Origin: Oscillospiraceae bacterium
GTDB lineage: Bacteria > Bacillota > Clostridia > Oscillospirales > Acutalibacteraceae
Reading direction: 5' to 3'
Assembly: GCA_015066635.1 (NCBI GenBank)
Contig: SVOA01000005.1
Coordinates: 2,057-66,056, forward strand
Length of the DNA: 64,000 nucleotides
Both the position numbers and the translations under genes were made by a program. The first letter of the stretch is position 1. Each line of letters opens with the position of its first letter. A model generated the notes under the pieces. It was not told the DNA's origin. It saw only the letters and a list, made by a program, of their open reading frames with translations, and did no database searches. Shown in pieces: positions 39,750 to 48,844 of the stretch.

Positions 39750-40307
39750 ATGGATTTACAGAGAATTGAAAACGCAGTCAGAGAAATACTTGCGGCGGTT
39801 GGGGAGGACCCCGACAGAGAGGGACTTGTTGAAACTCCCGCAAGGGTTGCGAGGATGTATGCCGAGATTTTCTCGGGACTTGACGACAACCCCGAAAGAC
39901 ATCTTAAAATCTTCAACGAGGGAAATGTTGACGAAATGGTAGTGGTAAGGGATATTCCCCTTTACTCAATGTGCGAACACCATCTGCTTCCGTTTGTCGG
40001 CAAGGCTCATATTGCCTATATATCCACTGACGGCAGAGTAATAGGACTTTCCAAACTCGCAAGAATTGTTGACAGCTTTGCAAAAAGACCTCAGCTTCAG
40101 GAAAGACTCACAACCCAGATAGCCGATTTTCTGTTTGAGAATCTCTCTGCAAAGGGAGTTGCCGTTGTTATCGAGGCAGAGCATCTTTGTATGACTATGC
40201 GCGGCGCGAGAGCCGCAGGCTCAAAAACTCAGACCTCGGCGCTCAGAGGAAATATGAGAAGCGACGCAAGAACACGCGCAGAGGCTATGGATTTACTTCT
40301 GGGGTAA
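39750..40307 (+). CDS. folE: GTP cyclohydrolase I
   Basis: [29 protein letters not shown] and the C-terminal HLCMTMRG motifs. Confidence 0.93.
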   Translation: MDLQRIENAVREILAAVGEDPDREGLVETPARVARMYAEIFSGLDDNPERHLKIFNEGNVDEMVVVRDIPLYSMCEHHLLPFVGKAHIAYISTDGRVIGLSKLARIVDSFAKRPQLQERLTTQIADFLFENLSAKGVAVVIEAEHLCMTMRGARAAGSKTQTSALRGNMRSDARTRAEAMDLLLG

Positions 40308-40312
40308 AAGAT

Positions 40313-41146
40313 ATGAATTATTTTAAAGGCTCGGGCTTTTCTTTTCCTCTCGGAGAGAAAACCTATATTATGGGCATTCTCAATATCACTCCCGATTCCT
40401 TTTATGACGGCGGCAGGTATAATTCTTTACATCTCGCCGCTGAACACGCGCGCCTTATGGAGAGCGAGGGAGCCGATATTATTGACATAGGCGCAAATTC
40501 CACTAACCCTAATGCCGTAATTCTTTCGGAGGATGAGGAGCTTGCTGTTATAAAGGAATTCCTTATACCGGTTGTAAAGAATATAAATGTTCCCGTTTCG
40601 GTTGATACCTTTTATCCCGCGGTGGCGGAGTACTGCCTTGGAAACGGCGTCAGCATAATAAACGATGTCAGCGGCAGACGGGATAAAAAGATGACAGAGC
40701 TTGTAAAGGCATACGGCGCAGGGCTTGTGGTAATGCACAACCCTCTGTTTTCGTCAAAGGAGACGGGGGACTATTCGTCTGACGGCGGTGTGGTAAAAAG
40801 CATAAGAAGCTTTTTTGCCTCGTCGCTTGAATACTATGAAAAAGCAGGCGTAAATAAAGAACAGTTGCTCTTTGATACGGGCATAGGATTCGCAAAAACA
40901 AACGCAGATAACCTCGAGGTTATCAAAAGACTCGGCAAAATAAAACTACCCGATACCGCGCTTCTTACGGCGCTTTCAATGAAAAGGGTAACGTCCTTTT
41001 ACAGCGGAGCCGAGGGCGAGGACAGACTGTATCCCACGCTTGCGGCAAATGTGCTTTCCGTGTCGGGCGGCACAGATTTCGTAAGAGTTCATGCGGTCAA
41101 GGAAGCGGCGCTTTCGCTTAAAATGGCGGACGCATTATTGAGGTAG
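40313..41146 (+). CDS. folP: Dihydropteroate synthase
   Basis: IMGILNITPDSFYDGG, DIIDIG and INDVSG motifs. ATG 40313 is the real start; the ORF-track start at 40187 overlaps folE in another frame. Confidence 0.9.
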   Translation: MNYFKGSGFSFPLGEKTYIMGILNITPDSFYDGGRYNSLHLAAEHARLMESEGADIIDIGANSTNPNAVILSEDEELAVIKEFLIPVVKNINVPVSVDTFYPAVAEYCLGNGVSIINDVSGRRDKKMTELVKAYGAGLVVMHNPLFSSKETGDYSSDGGVVKSIRSFFASSLEYYEKAGVNKEQLLFDTGIGFAKTNADNLEVIKRLGKIKLPDTALLTALSMKRVTSFYSGAEGEDRLYPTLAANVLSVSGGTDFVRVHAVKEAALSLKMADALLR

Positions 41147-41150
41147 AACT

Positions 41151-41510
41151 ATGGATAAGATTATCGTTAAAGGACTTAAAATTTTCGCATATCACGGCGT
41201 AAATCCCGAGGAGAAGCAGGACGGTCAGCAGTTTGAAATCGACCTTACCGCAGATATTGACCTTAAAGCCGCGGGACTTTCCGACGACCTCGGAGAGACG
41301 GAAAGCTACGCCCGTATAATAAAGACGGTAAAAAGGGTATTTACCGCCGAAAAATACGATTTAATTGAGAAAGCAGCGGAGGTTATCGCAGAAGCCGTAC
41401 TTGATGAATACGGCAAAATAAATGAAGTAACCGTAACCGTTAAGAAACCGTTTGCGCCTGTCAGCGCAGAATTTGACTATGTTGCGGTCGAGATAACGAG
41501 GAGAAGATAA
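41151..41510 (+). CDS. folB: Dihydroneopterin aldolase
   Basis: IIVKGLKIFAYHGVNPEEKQDGQQFEIDL is FolB-typical. 119 aa. Confidence 0.88.
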   Translation: MDKIIVKGLKIFAYHGVNPEEKQDGQQFEIDLTADIDLKAAGLSDDLGETESYARIIKTVKRVFTAEKYDLIEKAAEVIAEAVLDEYGKINEVTVTVKKPFAPVSAEFDYVAVEITRRR

Positions 41511-41987
41511 ATGAAGGCAGTTTTATCTATCGGAACTAATTTAGGCGACCGCCTTCGGAATATTGACGATGCGGTTAATTCTCTTGAACGCGTGCCGAAA
41601 CTCAGAGTGCTTGAGGTTTCCCCGATTTATGAGACAGAGCCCTGGGGGTACGCCGAACAGGATAACTTTTTTAACTGTGCCGTTACTGTTGAAACGGAGC
41701 TTTCCCCATCGGCGCTTCTCGGAGCGTGCCTCGGAATTGAGGCGGCTCTGGGCAGAGTGCGCAAAATTAAATTCGGACCGAGAATCATTGATATAGATAT
41801 ACTTCTGTATGAAGGTTTTGCCTCTGATACCGAGGAGCTGACAGTACCCCATAAGTTCATTTTCGAACGAGATTTTGTGCTCGTTCCGCTTCATGACCTT
41901 TTTCCGTCGGGTACGGCGCTCGGATTTGATTTTTCCGAGGCATACAAAAAAACAGATTTAACAAAATTAAAGATGATAAAAAGCTGA
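41511..41987 (+). CDS. folK: 2-amino-4-hydroxy-6-hydroxymethyldihydropteridine diphosphokinase
   Basis: LSIGTNLGDR...YETEPWG...RFGPRIIDIDILLY...PH are HPPK motifs. Confidence 0.9.
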   Translation: MKAVLSIGTNLGDRLRNIDDAVNSLERVPKLRVLEVSPIYETEPWGYAEQDNFFNCAVTVETELSPSALLGACLGIEAALGRVRKIKFGPRIIDIDILLYEGFASDTEELTVPHKFIFERDFVLVPLHDLFPSGTALGFDFSEAYKKTDLTKLKMIKS

Positions 41988-42137
41988 GAAAAGGGCAGGA
42001 ATTTGCTTGTCAGAGCCGCCCTGAGTCTCGGCATTTTTATGTAATAAACTGTCAAATAGTATTATTTCTATTGTCTTTAAGGGACATTTGTGATATATTA
42101 GTTGAGTAAAGCAAATTATTGATAGGGGATATAAACT

Positions 42138-43013
42138 TTGCACTATATTGTAATGGACCTTGAGTGGAATACTGCTTACAGTAAACGGTACGGCAGTTTT
42201 TTTAATGAGGTGATTGAAATCGGTGCCGTCAAGCTTGACGAGGGATTTAATGTGCTTGATACGGTGTCGATAATCGTTAAACCGCAGATAGGCAAAAAGT
42301 TAAGAGGCAGGACAAAAAATCTGACGCATATTACCAATGAGGATGTGTCCTCGGGACTTATTTATCCCGAGGCGATTGCGGAGTTTTCCGAGTGGCTCGG
42401 AAACGGGGAAAACACATTCCTTACATGGGGAGACGGCGATATCCGTGTGCTTGTTAAGAATAACGAGTACTTTATGAACAGCTGCAGACTTGATTTTATA
42501 AACAGCTATGCCGACGCTCAGAAGTACTGTCAGAGTTTTATTAAAACCGAAGGCTCAAATCAGATAGGACTTTCACTTGCCTGCGAGCAGCTCGGCGTTG
42601 ATGCGGACAGGTTCTCACACCACAGAGCGCTTGACGACAGTCTGATGACGGTTGAGTGCATCAAAAAGGTTTTTGACCGCGAAAAGCTGAATACATATAT
42701 TCATCCCTGCAACGAGGACTTCCGCAGATGGCTTGTATTCAAGCCCTATTATATCAAGGATATGAACAACCCCATAGTTGAGCTCAAAAGCAGGAAATGT
42801 ATATGTCCCATTTGCGGAAAACCTGCGCGGCAGATTAAAAAATGGCGCGTTGTCAATCAGTCCTTCAGGTCTGAATACCATTGTCCGCGCTGTGAAAAAA
42901 ACTACCGCCTTACCGTCAGATACAAGCAGCTTTTTGACCGCATCGACGAGAGACAGACGCAGACAGAAATCAAGCCGAAGCCCAAGGTGAAAGAGAAAAA
43001 AGAGCAGGTATGA
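42138..43013 (+). CDS. DEDD-family (ERI-1/KapD-like) 3'-5' exonuclease with a C-terminal double CxxC zinc ribbon
   Basis: YIVMDLEWN (Exo I), TWGDGD and HHRALDDS (Exo III, DEDDh). Then CICPICG ... CPRCEK and a K-rich tail. TTG 42138 follows AGGGGA; ATG 42153 is an alternative start. Confidence 0.8.
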   Translation: MHYIVMDLEWNTAYSKRYGSFFNEVIEIGAVKLDEGFNVLDTVSIIVKPQIGKKLRGRTKNLTHITNEDVSSGLIYPEAIAEFSEWLGNGENTFLTWGDGDIRVLVKNNEYFMNSCRLDFINSYADAQKYCQSFIKTEGSNQIGLSLACEQLGVDADRFSHHRALDDSLMTVECIKKVFDREKLNTYIHPCNEDFRRWLVFKPYYIKDMNNPIVELKSRKCICPICGKPARQIKKWRVVNQSFRSEYHCPRCEKNYRLTVRYKQLFDRIDERQTQTEIKPKPKVKEKKEQV

Positions 43014-43633
43014 GTTTAAAAGCAAAATTTAAAAGCAACGCTTCGGCGCCAAAGGGACTTCTCGGCAGAATTCTCCTTATGAGAATGAATATCGGCACGC
43101 ATTTCAGACTTGCTGAATGGGGACTCGGATTTCTGAATTTTAAAAGTGATGACCGCACTCTTGATATAGGCTGCGGAGGCGGCGCAAATGTCAGGAAAAT
43201 GACATCGTTGTGCCCCGAAGGCAAGGCGTACGGAATTGACTGCTCCGAGGTAAGCGTCGGCAAATCGCGTTCACACAACAGGCGCAGTATAAGAAACGGA
43301 AAGTGCGAAATACTGCTTGCGGACGCAGGCGAGCTTCCCTTTGACAGCGGATATTTTGACATTGTTACGGCGTTTGAGACCGTTTATTTCTGGCAGGATA
43401 TACGCAAGGCCTTTTCCGAGGTGTTCAGAGTGCTGAAAAACGGCGGCAGTTTTGCCGTGATTCAGGAAACCGAGGGCAGAGGCGGGAGCGCAGAGAAAAC
43501 CGCGGAAATCATAAAGGACATTAAATTCTATACGGCGTCCGAAATAAAAGAGCTTATGCTTGCGGCAGGATTTTCGGAGACTGCGCAACACAGTTCTCCC
43601 GAGGGCTGGTTTACGGTTGTCGGAGTTAAATAA
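43010..43633 (+). CDS. Class I SAM-dependent methyltransferase
   Basis: Motif I is LDIGCGGGANV. Post-I/II regions (FDIVTAFETVYFW, LKNGGSF) are present. ATGA overlap with the exonuclease stop. Confidence 0.85.
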   Translation: MSLKAKFKSNASAPKGLLGRILLMRMNIGTHFRLAEWGLGFLNFKSDDRTLDIGCGGGANVRKMTSLCPEGKAYGIDCSEVSVGKSRSHNRRSIRNGKCEILLADAGELPFDSGYFDIVTAFETVYFWQDIRKAFSEVFRVLKNGGSFAVIQETEGRGGSAEKTAEIIKDIKFYTASEIKELMLAAGFSETAQHSSPEGWFTVVGVK

Positions 43634-43640
43634 AAAATAA

Positions 43641-43668
43641 AAAGCGAAGGTGTTAACCTTCGCTTTTA
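43641..43668. terminator. Bidirectional terminator (methyltransferase / GH3)
   Basis: aaagcgaaggt-gtta-accttcgcttt is a perfect stem with A/T flanks. Confidence 0.8.
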
Positions 43669-43679
43669 TTATTGCTCTG

Positions 43680-46127
43680 TTAAATCTGCTTTAATTTTCC
43701 GAGCTGTTTGAATCCGCCGCCCTTGAAGAAGCCGCCGATTATAATTCTCAGACCCTTTGCAAATTTGTCGTCATTGAGTATAACGAGCAGACCCTCAGCC
43801 ATCCTCGGGCTGAATATGCCGAAGCTCATTGAAATAAAGTTCTTTATCGGGAGCTGGAGTGCAACAGCGCTCATCATTGTATCCTCGCCGAGGAATTTTT
43901 TGAGAATTCTGTTGAGTCTGCCGCCCCATTTGCCGTCAGCCGCATCCTCGATAGTATTCATAAGAGTCAGGGGCTTGCTCTTGTCTCTCTGTGTCGGAGG
44001 AATTTCGTGGCCGAGAACGGCTTTGAATTCCTCGTCGGGAATGTTCGTTATGTCAACCGAGTAATATGACGGAGCCATCTTGCTGTAATCGGGAATTGAG
44101 TAAGCAACGGTTGACTCAACGTTGAGAGACGCTTCAAGTCTTATATCACGGCTCGATGCGCCGATAAGAATCTTGAATTCGCCCGTTTCAACCTGCCAGT
44201 CGTGTGCGTCAACGTTGTAGAAAGCAAACGCGCGTTTATCAAGCTCTATGCTGACTTCCTTTTCCTCGCCTGCTTTAAGAAATACCTTTTTAAAGCCCTT
44301 GAGTTCCTTGACGGGTCTGTAAATAGTTGACTCAACGTCGGCAACATAAAGCTGTGCTGCTTCGGCGCCGTCGCGAAGTCCCGTATTCCTGATTTTGAAG
44401 GTTGCGGTAACCGTGTCGGTATCCTTTATGCTGTCTGCAGAAAGCTTCAGGTCGCTGTATTCAAAGCTTGTGTATGAGAGACCGTGGCCGAAGGGAAAAC
44501 GGACTGCTTTGTTAGCCGAGTCATAGTAACGATAGCCGACATAAATTCCTTCTCTGTATTCAACCGAAACAGATGTGCCGGGGAAGTAGTTGTTGCTTGA
44601 GTTGTCCTCAAGAGCAAAGGGATATGTTTCGGAGAGCTTGCCTGACGGGTTAACATCGCCGTAGAGTATATCGCATACTGCGCTGCCCGAAGCCTGACCG
44701 GTAAGGAAAGCGTTAAGAATTGCAGGAACACTGTCAGCCCAGGGCATTTCAACTGCCGCGCCGCCCGAAAGAACGACTACGACATTTTTATTAACCTTTA
44801 AAACTTCCTCGACAAGACGGTTGTGAAGCGGCGGAATACCGAGATGCCTTCTGTCGTTTCCTTCTGTTTCAAACTCGTCGGTAAGACCGATAAAGAGGAG
44901 TACGGTATCAGCGTTCTTTGCAACGTTTACTGCTTCCTCTGTAAACTGGTCGTCGGAAATCTTATTCTTCTTTGCGGTCGAATAGCCCTGAGCATACTCA
45001 AAGTCAATGCCCATCTTTTTGAGCGTGTCATAAGCGCAGTCGAGTTTAATCGGGTTGATAAGCGACGAGCCTGCGCCCTGATAACGCGGCTTCTTTGCCA
45101 TTTCGCCGATAACCGCAAGCTTTTTATCCTTTTTAAGGGGAAGGATATTGTTGTCGTTTTTCATAAGCACCATGCACTGCGAAGCAATTCTGCGCGCAAT
45201 TTCATGATGCTCGTCGGGGTCGTATGTATATTCGCCGAGTGTCGCCGTTGACTTGTCAACCATATCGAGAAGCAGGTCAACCGCATGGTCAAGAACTGCC
45301 TCGTCAAGAGTTCCGTCCTTAACAGCGTCGACGATAAGCTTTGTACCCATACCCGACGAAGTGGGCATTTCAAGTTCCTGACCTGCAATAAGTCCGGGAA
45401 CTCTCTCGTTTTCTGCGCCCCAGTCGGTAACTATGAGGTTTTCATAGCCGAAGTCTCCGCGAAGAACGTCGGTAAGCAGCCATTTGTTCTCAGCGCAGTA
45501 ATATCCGTTAAGTCTGTTATATGCACACATAATGGTCCAGGGCTGTGCCTTTCTGACGGCAATTTCAAACGGACGCAGATAAATCTCTCTGAGCGTTCTT
45601 TCGTCAACAACCGTGTTTACGGTCATGCGACGGGTTTCCTGATTGTTTGCCGCATAGTGTTTAAGCGATGTGCCTATGCCCTTGGACTGAACGCCGTTGA
45701 TAAATGCGGCGGCTATTTCGCCGGCAAGTACGGGGTCCTCCGAGAAGTACTCAAAGTTTCTGCCGCAGAGGGGAGAGCGCTTGATATTGGTGCCGGGTCC
45801 GAGCAGCACGGAAACCTTTTCCTTTCTGCACTCGTCGCCGAGCGCTTCGCCCATTTCTCTGATGAGGTCAACGTCCCACGAACAGGCGGTTGCGGATGCG
45901 GTCGGGAAGCATATAGCGGGTACGCCCTTGAGAAGGTCGGTTTCACCCTTTTTTGCCTCCTCGGGATTTCCCTTTTTACGGATTCCGTGAGGGCCGTCGT
46001 TAAGAGCAACGGATTTTATTCCGAGACGCTCAATGGGCTGACTGTGCCAGTAATCAAGACCGTCGCACATACTTGCCTTTTCTTCGAGCGTCATTTTTTT
46101 GATAAGCTCTTCATGTTTAAGTGACAT
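43680..46127 (-). CDS. Glycoside hydrolase family 3 beta-glucosidase (cytoplasmic; with Fn3-like domain)
   Basis: MTLEEKASMCDG, NDGPHGIRK, GLIVTDWGA (nucleophile region: NLIVTDWGA) and the C-terminal Fn3-like segment. No signal peptide. Confidence 0.92.
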   Translation of the reverse strand: MSLKHEELIKKMTLEEKASMCDGLDYWHSQPIERLGIKSVALNDGPHGIRKKGNPEEAKKGETDLLKGVPAICFPTASATACSWDVDLIREMGEALGDECRKEKVSVLLGPGTNIKRSPLCGRNFEYFSEDPVLAGEIAAAFINGVQSKGIGTSLKHYAANNQETRRMTVNTVVDERTLREIYLRPFEIAVRKAQPWTIMCAYNRLNGYYCAENKWLLTDVLRGDFGYENLIVTDWGAENERVPGLIAGQELEMPTSSGMGTKLIVDAVKDGTLDEAVLDHAVDLLLDMVDKSTATLGEYTYDPDEHHEIARRIASQCMVLMKNDNNILPLKKDKKLAVIGEMAKKPRYQGAGSSLINPIKLDCAYDTLKKMGIDFEYAQGYSTAKKNKISDDQFTEEAVNVAKNADTVLLFIGLTDEFETEGNDRRHLGIPPLHNRLVEEVLKVNKNVVVVLSGGAAVEMPWADSVPAILNAFLTGQASGSAVCDILYGDVNPSGKLSETYPFALEDNSSNNYFPGTSVSVEYREGIYVGYRYYDSANKAVRFPFGHGLSYTSFEYSDLKLSADSIKDTDTVTATFKIRNTGLRDGAEAAQLYVADVESTIYRPVKELKGFKKVFLKAGEEKEVSIELDKRAFAFYNVDAHDWQVETGEFKILIGASSRDIRLEASLNVESTVAYSIPDYSKMAPSYYSVDITNIPDEEFKAVLGHEIPPTQRDKSKPLTLMNTIEDAADGKWGGRLNRILKKFLGEDTMMSAVALQLPIKNFISMSFGIFSPRMAEGLLVILNDDKFAKGLRIIIGGFFKGGGFKQLGKLKQI

Positions 46128-46349
46128 TTATTTTTCCTCCTGTGTAAATGAATAAATTTGCATTATTATAAAAACACATACTATAATATAACAAAATCGT
46201 TTTTTTTACAAGTGCGCTGAAAAAATGTTTGCTTTATTTGTATGCTTTTAACATATTTTTCTGCCGGTTATAGTCACTTTGACAAGTAATTATTGCGTTT
46301 TTAATATGAATATGATAAAATTATATAGATATGGAAATGAGGTGAAATC

Positions 46350-48800
46350 ATGCCTTTTGAAAAGAAAGTCAGCGTTTGTATAAACGCATACAACTGTCAG
46401 GATTATATAGCAGAAACACTCCAGTCTGTTATTGACCAGACCTATGACAATCTTGAAATAATATTGGTCGATGACTGCTCAACCGATAATACCGTTAGCG
46501 TTGTTGAGGGCTTTACCGACAGCAGAATAAAACTTATCAGGCTGCCTGAGAACGTAAACATTTCTGCGGCAAATAACGAAGCGCTCAGAAATGCAACGGG
46601 CGACTATATTGCGCATCTGGACTCCGACGATGTCTGGGAGCCTGCAAAGCTTGAGAAACAGATTAAGTTTATTGAGGAGCACCCCGAGTATCAGGCGTGT
46701 TTTTCACACGTTAAGGTTATAAATGAAAAGTCGGAGCCCGTTGAAAAGGGCAGTTACTTTGAAAAGGTCTTTAATATTGACACAGTTTCTCAGGTCGATT
46801 TCATAAGGCTTTTTAACGACACGGCAAACCACCTCTGCCACTCCACAATGCTTATAACCCGTAAGGCGTTTGAGAAGCTCGGCTACCACGACCTGAGCCT
46901 TCTTTATCTGCACGACTATGACTGCTGGACAAGACTTATATTTATCACGCCTATTTTCATATATCCCGAGCCGCTGACAAGGTACAGAGTCAGAAGCGGC
47001 AGCAACTCGTCGCAAACGGACGAGAAGGATATTGCTCATAACGAGGAATATGCCAGAGTAACATACAACCTTATCAATAATTGTCCCGACGATATGTTCC
47101 TCAGGGCTTTCAGCGACAGACTGAAGCTGGAGGGGGAGCACACGCACGAGGAAACAGAGGTTGAGAAGGCCTTTGTGCTTCTGAATTCCTTTATCGTACT
47201 TCAGGGAAACACATATCTCGGCATAAAGAAATTTGACGAACTTTTCAAAGACGGGAAATATATAAAACTCTGCAAGGAAAAATTCAACTTCTCCTTAAAG
47301 GATTTCTACGCTCTGCATACTAAGGAAATATTCTATAACGGGCCCAAAACCGAGCAGATGAAAAATGAAATCATCGGTCTTAACGGCAGAGTTGACGAAT
47401 TAAGCGGCGAGAACGCAAGACTCGGTACGGAGCTGTCCGAGACGCAGAACGAATTGCTCGGCACACAGGCTTCGCTTGCTCAGACAAGGTCCGAGCTTGA
47501 AAGCACCGTACAGGATAAGGATAACCTTGAGCGGCAGTACAGAGCGCTTGACAGCGGATACAGACATCTTGAGGATATGTATAATCTGGCTCTTAATTCC
47601 CGTTCAATGCGTTATACCCAACCTATACGTGTGCTCAGAAAGCTGAAAAATCTGTTTGTAAAGACGACCAATGACGGCAGGAAGGCAAAGGCAAAGCTTG
47701 TGCTTTACGGCTTTTACGGGCATAACCTCGGAGACGACATATTCTTTGATATGCTTTTCAAAAGGTATCCGGATATACTTTTCTATGTGCTGTGTACGCC
47801 TGACTACGCTCCCGTTTTCGGTAAATATGCAAACGTCAGATTTTACGATTGCACACGTCCCGCAGTACAGAAGATTAACGCTCTGGGCAAAAAACTCGGC
47901 ATCAGAGATTTGTTTGAGTGGCTGCTGCTCGATGCAACCGACGGTGCGGTTCATATAGGCGGCTCGGTCTATCAGCAGATAGCCGACTGGGAGCTTGACC
48001 TTAAAATCAGAAAGGACAGACACCATCTCGGCAAAAAGTTCTTTGCAATTTCAAATAATTTCGGACCTTATTCCACCGAAGATTACTATAAATTCTGGTA
48101 CCGTCAGTTTAAGAAGTGGGACGATATATGCTTCCGGGATTACTATTCCTATAATCTGTTTAACGGCATACCTCATGTCAGGGTTGCGCCCGATTTGCTT
48201 TTCTCATATCCTCATGCGCCCTGCGAGAGCAAAAAGAAGGTTGCCGTTTCGGTAATAAACCCGCGCTTCAGAGTCAGAAGCTTTACCGAGGAACAGTCGG
48301 CGGCTTACGAGAAAAAAATAGCGGAGCTTATTGAATTCTATGCCGGACGCGGTTATGAGATTTCGCTTCTCGGTTTCTGCACTCTTGAGGAAGACCAGAC
48401 CGAAATTGAAATAATAAAGCAGATGCTTTCGGATGAAACCTCAGAGAAGGTTGTCAGCACGGTGTTTGCAGACAGTATTGATGCCGTTATAAATGAAATC
48501 AGAGAGAGCGAAATAGTTATCGCAACCCGTTTCCACGCCATGATTTTAGGATATATTTTCGGCAAGGATGTTCTTCCAATTTGTTACGGCGACAAGATGA
48601 GCAACGTTGTACGCGACTTTGTACTGAGCGCCGAAACGATAAAGATGACCGAACTCGGCAGGTATTCCGTGCAGGAGCTTGACATCCTCAGGAACAGCCT
48701 CGGCGCCGAGCAGATAGCTCATCTTTCGGCACGCGCCTCGGAGCAGTTTGCAGGACTTGACAGATATGCAGAAAAAAAGCACTGCGAAATCATCAGATAA
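46350..48800 (+). CDS. Fusion protein: GT2 glycosyltransferase, coiled coil, polysaccharide pyruvyl transferase (CsaB/WcaK-like)
   Basis: N-terminal VSVCINAYNCQDYIAETLQSVIDQTY...LVDDCSTDNT...HLDSDDVW (GT2). A coiled coil of about 90 aa. C-terminal LVLYGFYGHNLGDDIF ... IATRFHAMILG is typical of pyruvyl transferases. Confidence 0.8.
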   Translation: MPFEKKVSVCINAYNCQDYIAETLQSVIDQTYDNLEIILVDDCSTDNTVSVVEGFTDSRIKLIRLPENVNISAANNEALRNATGDYIAHLDSDDVWEPAKLEKQIKFIEEHPEYQACFSHVKVINEKSEPVEKGSYFEKVFNIDTVSQVDFIRLFNDTANHLCHSTMLITRKAFEKLGYHDLSLLYLHDYDCWTRLIFITPIFIYPEPLTRYRVRSGSNSSQTDEKDIAHNEEYARVTYNLINNCPDDMFLRAFSDRLKLEGEHTHEETEVEKAFVLLNSFIVLQGNTYLGIKKFDELFKDGKYIKLCKEKFNFSLKDFYALHTKEIFYNGPKTEQMKNEIIGLNGRVDELSGENARLGTELSETQNELLGTQASLAQTRSELESTVQDKDNLERQYRALDSGYRHLEDMYNLALNSRSMRYTQPIRVLRKLKNLFVKTTNDGRKAKAKLVLYGFYGHNLGDDIFFDMLFKRYPDILFYVLCTPDYAPVFGKYANVRFYDCTRPAVQKINALGKKLGIRDLFEWLLLDATDGAVHIGGSVYQQIADWELDLKIRKDRHHLGKKFFAISNNFGPYSTEDYYKFWYRQFKKWDDICFRDYYSYNLFNGIPHVRVAPDLLFSYPHAPCESKKKVAVSVINPRFRVRSFTEEQSAAYEKKIAELIEFYAGRGYEISLLGFCTLEEDQTEIEIIKQMLSDETSEKVVSTVFADSIDAVINEIRESEIVIATRFHAMILGYIFGKDVLPICYGDKMSNVVRDFVLSAETIKMTELGRYSVQELDILRNSLGAEQIAHLSARASEQFAGLDRYAEKKHCEIIR

Positions 48801-48802
48801 TA

Positions 48803-48844
48803 AAAAGCCTGACAGTTTTATAACTGTCAGGCCCTTTTGTTTTT
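48803..48844. terminator. Bidirectional terminator (GT2-pyruvyl transferase / histidine kinase)
   Basis: gcctgacagtt-ttat-aactgtcaggc is an 11-bp perfect stem with A- and T-runs on either side. Confidence 0.8.

Noticed and set aside
40187-40312. An upstream extension of the folP ORF that overlaps the last 120 nt of folE.
   Set aside because: The extension ([16 protein letters not shown]...) is an Arg/Lys-rich out-of-frame reading of folE. The DHPS homology starts at ATG 40313, 5 nt after the folE stop.
45285-46124. A 279-aa plus-strand ORF, plus several ORFs of 60-140 aa in the same region.
   Set aside because: All lie antisense to or out of frame with the GH3 beta-glucosidase gene, which has diagnostic motifs along its whole length.
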